DNA of 50,080 bases from Geodermatophilus sp. DF01-2. Lineage in GTDB: Bacteria > Actinomycetota > Actinomycetes > Mycobacteriales > Geodermatophilaceae. The position numbers were made by a program, and so were the translations under genes. The DNA lies in the NCBI RefSeq assembly GCF_004571065.1, contig NZ_SPQN01000020.1, forward strand, positions 1-50,080, given 5' to 3'. Of this stretch, positions 34,313-43,419 are shown in pieces. A model generated the notes under the pieces. It made no database searches. It had not been told where the DNA came from and saw only the letters and a program-made list of their open reading frames with translations. Each line of letters begins with the position of its first letter. Position 1 is the stretch's first letter.

Positions 34313-35835
34313 GCGGGGACCTCCGCGGTCAGGTAGGAGAGCTCGGTGAGACGGTCAGCGGTGATGTCGGGAGCACGCAGCTCGGCGGCCACCCGACCCT
34401 CGCGCAGGACGACGACCCGGTCGGCGACGTGCGCCATCTCCTCGAAGTCCGAGGTCACGAGCAGGACGGCGGTGCCGCGGTCGGCCGCGGCCCGCACGTG
34501 GGTGTAGATGTCCGCGCGGGCGTTGACGTCGACGCCCTGGGTCGGCTCGTCGAGCAGCAGGACCGCGGGCTCGCGGCGCAGCCAGCGGCCCAGGACGACC
34601 TTCTGCTGGTTGCCGCCGGACAGCGTGCCGGCCGGCGGCAGGTCGCTGGCCGGCTTGACCCCGTAGCGGTGCACGAGCCGGCGGGCGTCGTCGCGCTCGG
34701 CGCGGTGCCGGAGCCGCCCGCGGCGCCAGTAGGAGGGGACGACGGTGGCCGACAGGTTCGCGCGCACAGACATGCCGGCGAACAACCCCTCCGCCCCCCG
34801 GTCCTCGGGGACGAGGGCGAGCCCGGCCCGCATCGCCTCGCGCGGCCCGCGGACCCGCAGCGGCCGGCCGTCCAGCAGGAGCTCGCCGGAGGTCGTGGGG
34901 AGGTCACCGAACAGTGCGTGCAGCAGCTCGGTGCGCCCGGACCCCAGCAGACCGGCGACGCCGAGCACCTCCCCGCGGTGCAGCTCCAGGTCGACGCCCC
35001 GCAGTGGCCCGGCAACCAGACCGCGCACCGACAGCGCAACCTCGCCCGGCGGTGCGGTACGCGGCTCCGGGAAGACCCGGTCCAGCGGTCGCCCGACGAT
35101 CATCTCGACCAGCCCGGACTCGGTCATCCCGGACACCGCGCGCGACCCGACCACGTGCCCGTCGCGCAGCACGGTGACCGTGTCCGCCAGGCCGAGGACC
35201 TCGCCCAGCCGGTGGCTGACGTACACGATGGTCTGGCCGGCCTCCGCATAGCGGCGCAGCGCCGTGAGCAGGACCTCGACCTCCCAGGCGGGGAGCGAGG
35301 CGGTGGGCTCGTCCAGCACGAGGACGCCGTCGTGGGCGTCCTCCTGGTCCTGCAGCGCGCGGGCGATGGCCACCATGACCCGGTCGGCCGGCCGCAGGGC
35401 CGCCACCGGCATGTCCGGCGTCGCCGGGATGGAGAAGCGCTCCAGCACCTCGGCAGTGCGCCGGCGGGTCGCCCTCCGGTCGATGCGGCCGGTCCGGCCG
35501 GTCACGAACCCGTGCCCGATGGCGATGTTCTCCGCGACGCTGAGCGCAGGGAAGACCGCCGGGTCCTGGTGCACGAAGTGCAGCCCGTGCTGCCTGGCCA
35601 CCTCGGCCGACCAGCGCTCGGCCGGCGTCGACGCCCCTCCGACGGAGATCGTGCCGCCCGGGTCGGCCCGGTGGACGCCGGCGAGCAGCTTGACCAGCGT
35701 CGACTTCCCCGATCCGTTCCCGCCGAGCAGCGCGTGCACCTCGCCCCGGCCGACCGCGAGCGAGGCGTCGGTGAGGACCGTCGTCGGGCCGAAGGTCTTG
35801 CTCAGCCCGGAGGCGTGCAGGACGACGTCCGGCAC
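34309..35835 (-). CDS. Sugar ABC transporter ATP-binding protein with tandem ABC domains.
   Basis: Two Walker A sites (GGNGSGKST; LLGSGRTE), signature LSGGNQQK, Walker B LLLDEPT. The start was set at the GTG giving MPDVVLHASGLSKTFG; the ORF-track N-terminal extension overlaps the binding-protein gene. Confidence 0.75.
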   Translation of the reverse strand: MPDVVLHASGLSKTFGPTTVLTDASLAVGRGEVHALLGGNGSGKSTLVKLLAGVHRADPGGTISVGGASTPAERWSAEVARQHGLHFVHQDPAVFPALSVAENIAIGHGFVTGRTGRIDRRATRRRTAEVLERFSIPATPDMPVAALRPADRVMVAIARALQDQEDAHDGVLVLDEPTASLPAWEVEVLLTALRRYAEAGQTIVYVSHRLGEVLGLADTVTVLRDGHVVGSRAVSGMTESGLVEMIVGRPLDRVFPEPRTAPPGEVALSVRGLVAGPLRGVDLELHRGEVLGVAGLLGSGRTELLHALFGDLPTTSGELLLDGRPLRVRGPREAMRAGLALVPEDRGAEGLFAGMSVRANLSATVVPSYWRRGRLRHRAERDDARRLVHRYGVKPASDLPPAGTLSGGNQQKVVLGRWLRREPAVLLLDEPTQGVDVNARADIYTHVRAAADRGTAVLLVTSDFEEMAHVADRVVVLREGRVAAELRAPDITADRLTELSYLTAEVPA

Positions 35836-35852
35836 GCCTCCGCTGCCAGCGG

Positions 35853-37067
35853 TCAGGACAGGCCCCAGATGCGCCGGTAGTTGGCCTCGTAGTCCTGCGT
35901 CGGCTTGCCCTCCTCGTCGATGTTGCCGTCGTAGAAGGTCGTCTCCGTCGGCAGGGAGGGGGAGGAGGTGTCGAGGGTCTGCAGGCCGATGCCTGGGTCG
36001 ACCTGCTCCTCGCCCTGCAGGAGCCGGTTCATGCCGTCGATCGCGGCCCAGCCGACCCAGCGGGCGGGGGCGCCGGCGATCATGTCCTGGCCCTTGCCCT
36101 CGCGGACGAACCCGATGTTGGGCGACAGCCCCTCGCCACCGGTGACCAGCAGCTCGTCGTCGCGGCCCGAGGCCGTCACGGCCTGCGCGATGCCGAGGGT
36201 CAGCGCCGCGTCGTAGGGGACGTAGACGACGTTGGCGTCCGGGTGCTGGGTCAGCGCGGCCGCGGCCTTGGCCCGCAGCTGCCCGGTGGCCAGGTCGGTC
36301 AGCGTGAAGGGGACCTGCGCGACGATCTCGCACCCGCCACACGGCTCGAGGTGACGCGCGAACCCCTTGTACAGGTGCTGGGCGACCAGGATGTCGTCCT
36401 CGATGAACTGGATGACCTTCGCCTGGCCGTCGGTCTCCGCGATCACGTAGTCCGCGACGCTCTTGGAGTAGACGTCCTCGACCTGCTCGGCGTAGGTGCG
36501 CCCCTCCTCGTACTGCAGTTCGGCGTCGAAGAGCGGCTCGCCGCCCTCGCCGAGCAGCGGGTCGTCGCAGTCGAGCGAGTAGAAGGCGTAGATCGGGATC
36601 CCCGCGGCCTTGGCCTCCTCGAGCGCGCTCTTGGCCGCGACGCAGTCGACGACGTCGAGGATGATCCCGTCGGCCTGGTCGGCGATCGCCGTGCGGATAC
36701 CTTCGGCGAATCCGTCCGGGGTGCCCTTGCCGTCGAAGACGGTCACGTCCCAGCCGAGCGCCTCGCCCGCCTCCTTGGCTCCGGCAGCGGGTGCCGAGCA
36801 CCCCTCACCGGCCTCCAGGCACGAGATGACCCAGATGTTCTGGTCGGGGAGGGGAGCCGGGGAGCTGTCGGGCAGGGCGCGGTCGGTGCCGCGACGGTTC
36901 TGCTCGACGGCGGCCTGGGCTTCGGCGACGATCTCGCTGTCGGTGCCGGAACCCTCCGCGCCGGCGCCGGCCTCGGCGTCGGCTTCGGAGCCACCGCAGG
37001 CCGCGACGAGTGAGAGAGAGGCCACGGCGGCGAGAGCCGCGAGACGGGACCGTGGGGATCGGGACAC
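35853..37067 (-). CDS. Sugar ABC transporter substrate-binding lipoprotein.
   Basis: Signal peptide with lipobox (SLSLVAACGG); periplasmic-binding-fold composition. GTG start after GAGGAGGAG. Confidence 0.8.
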   Translation of the reverse strand: MSRSPRSRLAALAAVASLSLVAACGGSEADAEAGAGAEGSGTDSEIVAEAQAAVEQNRRGTDRALPDSSPAPLPDQNIWVISCLEAGEGCSAPAAGAKEAGEALGWDVTVFDGKGTPDGFAEGIRTAIADQADGIILDVVDCVAAKSALEEAKAAGIPIYAFYSLDCDDPLLGEGGEPLFDAELQYEEGRTYAEQVEDVYSKSVADYVIAETDGQAKVIQFIEDDILVAQHLYKGFARHLEPCGGCEIVAQVPFTLTDLATGQLRAKAAAALTQHPDANVVYVPYDAALTLGIAQAVTASGRDDELLVTGGEGLSPNIGFVREGKGQDMIAGAPARWVGWAAIDGMNRLLQGEEQVDPGIGLQTLDTSSPSLPTETTFYDGNIDEEGKPTQDYEANYRRIWGLS

Positions 37068-37231
37068 AGACTCCTCCTCGACGCAGCACGACCGGCCGCG
37101 AGTGGCACGAGTGTGTCCAGGACCACTCCGAGGGGGCAGGGGTTGTGCTCCTACCCTTGAGGACGCGACTGTGTGAGGGGTCACACTGGACGGGTGACGA
37201 TCCGCCGCTCCCACCGCCAGCCGAGGAGACC

Positions 37232-38509
37232 GTGAGCAGCCTCTCCCCGGTCCTGTCGCCGTCGCCCCCACCCCCGCCGCCCGACCTGGTGCAGGCCGTC
37301 TACCGCCGGCTGGGTGAGGCAGTGCGGCGCATGCTCACCGGGTTCGTCGAGGAGATCCCCTTCTACCGCCGGCTGCCCGAGGAGCAGCTCCGCGGCGAGA
37401 TCGCGCAGGTGTGCCGGGACAACATGGCGGCCTTCGTGCGCTGCTGCCGCGAGGATCGGCTGCCTGCGCACGGCGAGCTCACCGCGGCCTCGGCAGGCGC
37501 GGCCCGCCGGGCCGAGGAGGGGGTGCCGCTAGACGCCGTCCTGATGGCGTACGTGATCGGCAACCGGGTGACGTGGCAGATGCTCGTCGAGCAGGTTCCC
37601 CGTGGGTGCGAGGCGCAGGTGGCGGGCTTCACCGAGTACCTCCAGCGCTACCTGCAGGCGATGCTGCAGGCGGTCACCGAGGCCTACATGGAGGAGCGAC
37701 GGTCCATCGAGCACCACGAGGGTTCGGCCTGGCGCAGCCTCGTACAGGACGTGCTCGACGGCCGGACGCCGGCCGCACTCGCGCAGCGGCTGGGCGTCGT
37801 GATCGCCGAGGCCTACCTCGTGGTGTCGCTCCACGTGGGAGCGACCGACGACGAACGCGACGAGGCCGTCGACCCCGAGGTGGCCGGACGGCGGAAGGTC
37901 CGGCGGGTGCAGGCGGTGGTCGACCGGCTGCCCGGGCGTGCGGCCACCTTGTCGTCGCTGTCCCCGGCCGGCGGTCTGGTGCTCCTGCCCGGCACGGCGA
38001 CACACCTGCCCGGCCCCGCGGAGACCGCGCAGGTGGTGCAGCTGCTCGGCCGGGCGGCAGGAGCGCAACCCACGGCCGTCGCCGTGCCGGCGACGTCCCT
38101 GACCGCGCTGCCCGCTGCGGCAGGCCAGGCCCGCGAGCTGCTGCACCTGGTCCGGCTCCTCGGCCGTCCGGCCGGCCTGTACTCCTCCGACGACCTCGTC
38201 CTGGAGCACCAGTACGCCCAGCCCGGACCGGCCCGCGAGCGGTTGGCCGCGCTGCTCGAACCGTTGACCGCACACCCCGAGCTGCTCACCACGGCCCGGT
38301 GCTGGCTGGCACACGAGCGCAGCCGGCGGGACACTGCCGAGGCGCTCCACGTCCACCCCAACACCCTGGACAAGCGACTGGACCGGATCGTGGCCCTGAC
38401 CGGCGTCCAGCTCTCGACCAGCCGGGGGGTGGGGCTGCTGCAGGCGGGGCTGGTCGCCCTGCAGATGCAGCAGGTGGACGGCGGGACGCTCCCGGGCCTC
38501 GAGGTCTGA
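37232..38509 (+). CDS. PucR/CdaR-family transcriptional regulator.
   Basis: C-terminal PucR-type HTH (ARCWLAHERSRRDTAEALHVHPNTLDKRLDRI). The start is uncertain (GTG after GGAGA). Confidence 0.7.
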   Translation: MSSLSPVLSPSPPPPPPDLVQAVYRRLGEAVRRMLTGFVEEIPFYRRLPEEQLRGEIAQVCRDNMAAFVRCCREDRLPAHGELTAASAGAARRAEEGVPLDAVLMAYVIGNRVTWQMLVEQVPRGCEAQVAGFTEYLQRYLQAMLQAVTEAYMEERRSIEHHEGSAWRSLVQDVLDGRTPAALAQRLGVVIAEAYLVVSLHVGATDDERDEAVDPEVAGRRKVRRVQAVVDRLPGRAATLSSLSPAGGLVLLPGTATHLPGPAETAQVVQLLGRAAGAQPTAVAVPATSLTALPAAAGQARELLHLVRLLGRPAGLYSSDDLVLEHQYAQPGPARERLAALLEPLTAHPELLTTARCWLAHERSRRDTAEALHVHPNTLDKRLDRIVALTGVQLSTSRGVGLLQAGLVALQMQQVDGGTLPGLEV

Positions 38510-38617
38510 CCGAGCTGTGCGGTCGCCATCCGGGGCTGGCTCCGGGACCCCGGATGTGGTGGAGTGCGCCACACCGTCCGCCGTAACAGAACGGCGGAGC
38601 GTTGCAGGGGAGGCCCG

Positions 38618-39451
38618 TTGAGCGCACCGACCGTCCACGACGCCCGCACCGTCCAGGTCGGCGACATCGCCGTCGCCGTGCAGGAGTACGGAGACGGAGA
38701 CCCGCTGCTCATCGTCAACGGCACCAGCCAGTCGCTGGGCTTCTGGACCGAGACCGCTCAGGTCTGGGCGAGCAGCCACCGGGTCATCACCTACGACCTG
38801 CGGGGCATGGGTGGCTCCGAGCGCGGCGCGGGCGAGATCAGCGTCAGCACGTTGGCCGCCGATGCGCAGGGGCTGCTCGAGGCGCTGGGCATCGAGCGGG
38901 CGCACGTCCTCGGTTACTCCCTGGGCAGCGCCGTCGCCCAGGAGCTCGCCCTCACCGCGCCGGAGCGGGTGGCCTCGCTGGTCCTGCTGTGCACCTGGGG
39001 ACGGACCGACGGCCTGCAGCGGTCGGTGTTCACCGCGCTGGCCCATCCCTGGCGCACCGGCGACCTCGAGGCCGCCCTCGGGGCGCTGGGGATGGCGTTC
39101 TCCCCGCAGCTGCTCGACAGCCCGGAGTTCGGGGCGCTGGTCGAGCAGCTCCTGCCGCTGTTCCCGAGCACGGAGGCCCAGATGGCCACGACCGCCGAGC
39201 AGTGGGATGCCGACATCGCCCACGACACCCAGGACCGGCTCGGGAGGATCGCCGCCCCGACCCTCGTCGTGGCCGGCGAGCAGGACCTGCTGACCCCGCC
39301 GTGGCAGGGACAGCGCGTCGCCGAGCAGATCCCGGGAGCGCGGCTGGAGATGTTCACCGGCCCGGGGTCCAGCCACGCCCTCGGCGTCGAGCGTGCCGAG
39401 GAGTTCGTCCCCATGGTGCTCGAGTTCCTCGGCCAGCACCGCCTCTCCTGA
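38618..39451 (+). CDS. Alpha/beta-fold hydrolase, paralogue 2.
   Basis: 277 aa from a TTG after GGGGAGG; GYSLGSAVAQ. Roughly four of five residues are identical to 16614..17447 by eye over the full length, with similarly high nucleotide identity. Confidence 0.8.
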   Translation: MSAPTVHDARTVQVGDIAVAVQEYGDGDPLLIVNGTSQSLGFWTETAQVWASSHRVITYDLRGMGGSERGAGEISVSTLAADAQGLLEALGIERAHVLGYSLGSAVAQELALTAPERVASLVLLCTWGRTDGLQRSVFTALAHPWRTGDLEAALGALGMAFSPQLLDSPEFGALVEQLLPLFPSTEAQMATTAEQWDADIAHDTQDRLGRIAAPTLVVAGEQDLLTPPWQGQRVAEQIPGARLEMFTGPGSSHALGVERAEEFVPMVLEFLGQHRLS

Positions 39452-39512
39452 CCCGCCGCCGCTCCTGACCCTGCGCCGTAGCCCCGGAGTGCTCCCGGAC
39501 TACGGCGCAGGG

Positions 39513-40448
39513 TCAGCCCTCGGCGAGGAACTCCAGGGCGCGCGGGATGCCCGAGGGGCCGGCAACCGTGGACAACCGCGCTCCGGACGCCGCGGCGAAG
39601 GCCCGGGCCTCCACCGCGTCGTCCGCCGGTGCCACGACGACGAGTTCCTCGAGTCGGCGCGCGTAGGGAACCGGGTCGGGGCCGCTCGTCGGCCGGCCGT
39701 CCGACAGCAGGACGGTCAGCCGGCGAGGTGCCACCGACCGCTCGAGCTGGGCCCGTGCGGTGTCCAGCGCGTGCGCGAGGTCGGTGAGCCCGTGTCCGCG
39801 CAACTGCAGCAGGTCGTCGACCACGGCTGCGGCCGGCCGGGGCCGGTCCTGGGATTTGACCACGATCGCCCGGTCGCTGAACGCCACGACGCTGTAGTCG
39901 TCCGGGGCGCGCAGCGCCACGGCCGCCGCGGCCAGCGACGCCGCTGCCAGGCGTGCACCGCCCACCGACCCGCTGCGGTCCACGAGCAGGCACAGGGCGG
40001 TCGCCGGCCTCGCCCACGCGGTGCCGCGCAGGTCCTCCACCGCTGGCGGCTGCCCGCTCGCGGCCGCCGTGAGCAGCGCGTCGAGACTGCCCTCGACGTC
40101 GAGGTCCCCGCCCGGCTCCAGCCGGATCCGGCGCAACCTCCCGATGCCGCGCTGCCGCGCCGGCCCCCGGCGCCCCAACCGCACCGCCACCCGGCCGGCG
40201 AGCCGGCGGGCCAGGGCGCGCAGCCGCGGGTCAGTGGCTCCGGCCATGTCGGCGAGCAGACCGAGGGCCGCGTCGGGGTCCGCAGCCAGCGCGTCCTCGA
40301 AGGCCGTCTCGTCGAGCTCCCCGAGCCGCGGGGACAGCTGCTCGAACACCGGCGCCCGCGCCAGATCCCGGCGGGAGGTCGTGCGACGCCCGGCCTCGGC
40401 GATCTCGGCCTGTGCGTCCTCGCCCTCGAGGGTCAGGTCGGGGCGCTG
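39513..40448 (-). CDS. von Willebrand factor A (VWA) domain protein.
   Basis: MIDAS-like LLVDRSGSVGG; partner of the upstream MoxR ATPase. The start was set at an internal GTG (VQRPDLTLEG) overlapping the MoxR 3' end. Confidence 0.65.
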   Translation of the reverse strand, partial: QRPDLTLEGEDAQAEIAEAGRRTTSRRDLARAPVFEQLSPRLGELDETAFEDALAADPDAALGLLADMAGATDPRLRALARRLAGRVAVRLGRRGPARQRGIGRLRRIRLEPGGDLDVEGSLDALLTAAASGQPPAVEDLRGTAWARPATALCLLVDRSGSVGGARLAAASLAAAAVALRAPDDYSVVAFSDRAIVVKSQDRPRPAAAVVDDLLQLRGHGLTDLAHALDTARAQLERSVAPRRLTVLLSDGRPTSGPDPVPYARRLEELVVVAPADDAVEARAFAAASGARLSTVAGPSGIPRALEFLAEG

Positions 40449-41431
40449 CACCCCGGTGGGGTCTGGGCCGGCCGGGCCCGGCGGTACGCCGGGCCCGGCC
40501 GGCGGGCTTCCCCCGGGGCCTCGTCCTCCTCCGCGCCCGGCGGGGGCGGCCCGAAGACCTGGGCCCACAGCTCCCGGACGACGTCCTCGGCGGTGCGGGA
40601 CGACCCTTCCTGCATCCGGAGGCGTCCAGAAAGGGCAGTGAGGGCCGCGTCGAGCGAGACGGCCGGGTCGACCGGCGCGGCCTTCCGCAGCCCGGCCAGT
40701 GCGGCGGCCACCAGGACCAGGTCGATGGCCCCGCGCACGGAGGAGCCGACCCGCACGTCCGGGTGCGACCGCGTGCGGCGGACCAGGTCCACCACCTGTG
40801 CCCGAAACCCGTCGTCCACCGCCACCCGCGCGGCGTTGCGACGGACGATCTCCGTCTCGTCCTCGGCGTCCTGGTAGTCCATCCGGACGCGGCAGGTCCG
40901 GTCGTAGATGGCCGAGGCGATCCGGGCGGTGCCGACGGCATCGAACGGGTTCATGGCCGCAACCAGCCGGAACCCGTCGGCCGCGACGAGCCGCCCCAGC
41001 CGCGGCACGTGCAGCTCCCCCTCGCTCATCACCGTGATCAGGACGTTGAGCGTCTCCTCCGGAACGCGGTTGATCTCCTCCACGTACAGCAGGGCGCCAC
41101 TGCGCATGGCCGCGCTGAGCGGCCCGTCGACGAAGACCTCCTCGGCGTAGCCCTCGCTCATGACCCTCGAGGGGTCGTGGTGGCCCACCAGCCGGGCGGG
41201 TGTCAGCTCGGCGTTGCCCTCGACGAACTCGAACGGCAACCCTGCCGCCTGCGCCAGCCCGCGCAGCAACGTGGACTTGCCCGTGCCCGGCGGCCCCTCC
41301 AGGAGCATGTGCCGGCCGGCCAGCAGCGCGGCGAGGACCAGCTCGACCTCGCGGCGCCGTCCGACCACCTGCTCCCGCAGGCGGTCGGACAGCGCGGCGT
41401 CGAGCCCGACGCCGCCCTCCGGAGCGGTCAG
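40433..41431 (-). CDS. MoxR-family AAA+ ATPase.
   Basis: VVGRRREVELVLAALLAGRHMLLEGPPGTGKS (Walker A), ALLYVEEINRVPEETLN (Walker B region), AAMNP sensor. The exact start is unclear: the in-frame candidates are a CTG at 41431 after GAGGAGG, or a GTG at 41368. Confidence 0.7.
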   Translation of the reverse strand: MTAPEGGVGLDAALSDRLREQVVGRRREVELVLAALLAGRHMLLEGPPGTGKSTLLRGLAQAAGLPFEFVEGNAELTPARLVGHHDPSRVMSEGYAEEVFVDGPLSAAMRSGALLYVEEINRVPEETLNVLITVMSEGELHVPRLGRLVAADGFRLVAAMNPFDAVGTARIASAIYDRTCRVRMDYQDAEDETEIVRRNAARVAVDDGFRAQVVDLVRRTRSHPDVRVGSSVRGAIDLVLVAAALAGLRKAAPVDPAVSLDAALTALSGRLRMQEGSSRTAEDVVRELWAQVFGPPPPGAEEDEAPGEARRPGPAYRRARPAQTPPGCSAPT

Positions 41432-42564
41432 TAGTCCTCCTCGCCGTACATGATCACGCCGCGGACGTTCTTGCCGGCGAGCATGTCGGCGTAGCCCTGG
41501 TTGATGTCCTCGAGGCGGTAGGTCTTGGTGATCAGCTCGTCGAGCTTGAGCTGACCCTCCTGGTAGAGCCCCAGCAGCTTGGGGATGTCGAAGCGGGGGT
41601 TGGCGCTGCCGAAGATCGAGCCCTGCAGCCGCTTCTGCATCATCGCCAGGTCGAACAGGCTCAGGCTGACGTCCGAGGCGGTCATGTCGCCCATGCCGGT
41701 CACGACCCCGGTGCCGTTCTTCTTGATCAAGGCCATCATCTCGGCGATCTGGGCGCCCTCGATCCGGCCGACGGTGATGATGGCCTTGTCCGCCATCTTC
41801 CCGCGGGTGAGCTCCCGCAGCGGTTCCACGGCCTCCTCCATGCTGGCGAAGGTGTGGGTCGCCCCGAGCGCCATGGCCTGCTCGCGCTTGAACTCCACCG
41901 GGTCGATGGCGACGACCCGCTTGGCGCCGGCCAGGGCGGCGCCCTGCACGGCGTTGGACCCGACGCCGCCGATGCCGATGACCACGACGGTGTCCCCGGC
42001 CTCGACTTGGGCGGCGTAGACCGCCGAGCCCCATCCGGTCGTCACGCCACAGCCGACCAGCGCCGCCTTGTCCAGCGGGATGTCCTCGTCGATCTTGATG
42101 ACCGACGACTCGTGGGCCACCACGTACGGCGAGAAGGTGCCGAGCAGGCACATGGTGGCGGCGTCCTTGCCGTTGACGTGCGCCCGGTAACCGCCGTCGG
42201 CGATCATCTGGCCGGTGATCAGCGTGGCCCCGTTGTCACACAGGTTCTGGTGCCCGGTCGAGCAGGACTCGCAGCGGCCACACGCCGGGATGAAGCCGAG
42301 GACGACGTGGTCGCCCTCTTTCAGGCTGGTCACCCCGGGGCCGACCTTGTCGATGATGCCGGCGCCCTCGTGCCCGCCGATGAACGGGAAATCGCCGGGC
42401 GGGAGGATTTGGATGTCCCCCTCCCGGATGTGCTCGTCGGAGTGGCACATCCCCGAGGCGGCCAGCTTGATCCGCACCTCCCCGGCCACCGGGTCGTCGA
42501 GCTCGACCTCCTCGATCTGCCAGTCCTGGTGCGTTCCCCAGAGCACTGCGGCCTTCGTCTTCAC
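41428..42564 (-). CDS. Zinc-dependent alcohol dehydrogenase (NDMA-dependent / class III-like).
   Basis: MKTKAAVLWG...GMCHSDEH...GHEGAGII (catalytic Zn), CGRCESCSTGHQNLC (structural Zn), GIGGVG (Rossmann). 378 aa. Confidence 0.85.
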   Translation of the reverse strand: MKTKAAVLWGTHQDWQIEEVELDDPVAGEVRIKLAASGMCHSDEHIREGDIQILPPGDFPFIGGHEGAGIIDKVGPGVTSLKEGDHVVLGFIPACGRCESCSTGHQNLCDNGATLITGQMIADGGYRAHVNGKDAATMCLLGTFSPYVVAHESSVIKIDEDIPLDKAALVGCGVTTGWGSAVYAAQVEAGDTVVVIGIGGVGSNAVQGAALAGAKRVVAIDPVEFKREQAMALGATHTFASMEEAVEPLRELTRGKMADKAIITVGRIEGAQIAEMMALIKKNGTGVVTGMGDMTASDVSLSLFDLAMMQKRLQGSIFGSANPRFDIPKLLGLYQEGQLKLDELITKTYRLEDINQGYADMLAGKNVRGVIMYGEEDY

Positions 42565-42684
42565 CGGTTCTCCTCACGGACGGGGTGAGTCTCCTCACAT
42601 CGTCGGCGACGGTAACCAGAGCGCGCCGGCTAGACAACGGCACCCCGTTGCGAGGGCCGGACGCACCACACCGGGACCGACCGG

Positions 42685-43287
42685 TCAGGACGGTCCCTCG
42701 ATGAGCGCCCGCTGCAGCCGGTTGGCGGTGTCGACATCGGGCACCCGGTTGGCGAGGACGTCGGCATAGAGGAACGACTCGCCGATGCGGACGAGCGCGA
42801 ACGCGAGCGCACCGGGCTCGGCGAGGAGGGGCAGGCCGGCGTCCTCCGCATCGCGCCGAAGCAGCGCCTCCACCGCGGCGACGACGCCGGACTGGATCGC
42901 GCCCCTCGGGTCGGTCAGCACGCGGATGGTCAGCGCGGGCTCCTGGTCCAGGAGCCGGCGTAGAGCCGGGGCCGACGAGACAGCCTCGTTGAACATCCGG
43001 ATGACGCCGACCGAGCGCAGCCCGCCGTCGGGTGCGAGGTCCCACTGCCGCTCCGCCGCGGCGAAGGTCCGCCGGGTGAGCAGCCACAACGCCGCACCGA
43101 GCACGGCCTCGCGGCCCCCTGCGTGCCGGAAGAGGGTCACCCGCGAGATCCCGAGCTCGGCCGCGAGCGCCTGCATATCCAGCCGCCGACCGTGGACGAG
43201 CCACTCGGCAGCCAGCTCGTGCGCTCGCGCGGCGAGAGCGCCTGAAACAGAGTCCTTGACTGTTTCAGGCCTCTCGGGCAGCGTCAT
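42685..43287 (-). CDS. TetR/AcrR-family transcriptional regulator.
   Basis: N-terminal HTH (LAAELGISRVTLFRHAG); divergent from the flavin monooxygenase at 43420. Confidence 0.75.
   Translation of the reverse strand: MTLPERPETVKDSVSGALAARAHELAAEWLVHGRRLDMQALAAELGISRVTLFRHAGGREAVLGAALWLLTRRTFAAAERQWDLAPDGGLRSVGVIRMFNEAVSSAPALRRLLDQEPALTIRVLTDPRGAIQSGVVAAVEALLRRDAEDAGLPLLAEPGALAFALVRIGESFLYADVLANRVPDVDTANRLQRALIEGPS
43241..43269. promoter_or_regulatory. Perfect palindrome cctgaaacag-N9-ctgtttcagg, lower GC than its surroundings, 18-46 nt inside the annotated 5' end of the TetR gene.
   Basis: Read directly from the sequence; likely the TetR operator. Confidence 0.4.
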
Positions 43288-43419
43288 GGCACAGATCACA
43301 CTTCCGGTCGTTCGCGGGGCCGCAGCCGGTCATCGACGACCTCAGCAGCCGGCGCGCCCCGTCGGCAAGACCGTCTCTCCCCGGGCGGCAGGCCAGGGGA
43401 CCCTTCCCCGAGGAGTGTC

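Noticed and set aside
34309-36801. 830-aa ORF-track version of the ABC ATPase.
   Set aside because: Its N-terminal 320 codons are an out-of-frame read-through of the substrate-binding-protein gene. The ATPase starts near 35835.
37529-39439. 636-aa minus-strand ORF.
   Set aside because: Antisense to the PucR regulator and alpha/beta hydrolase 2.
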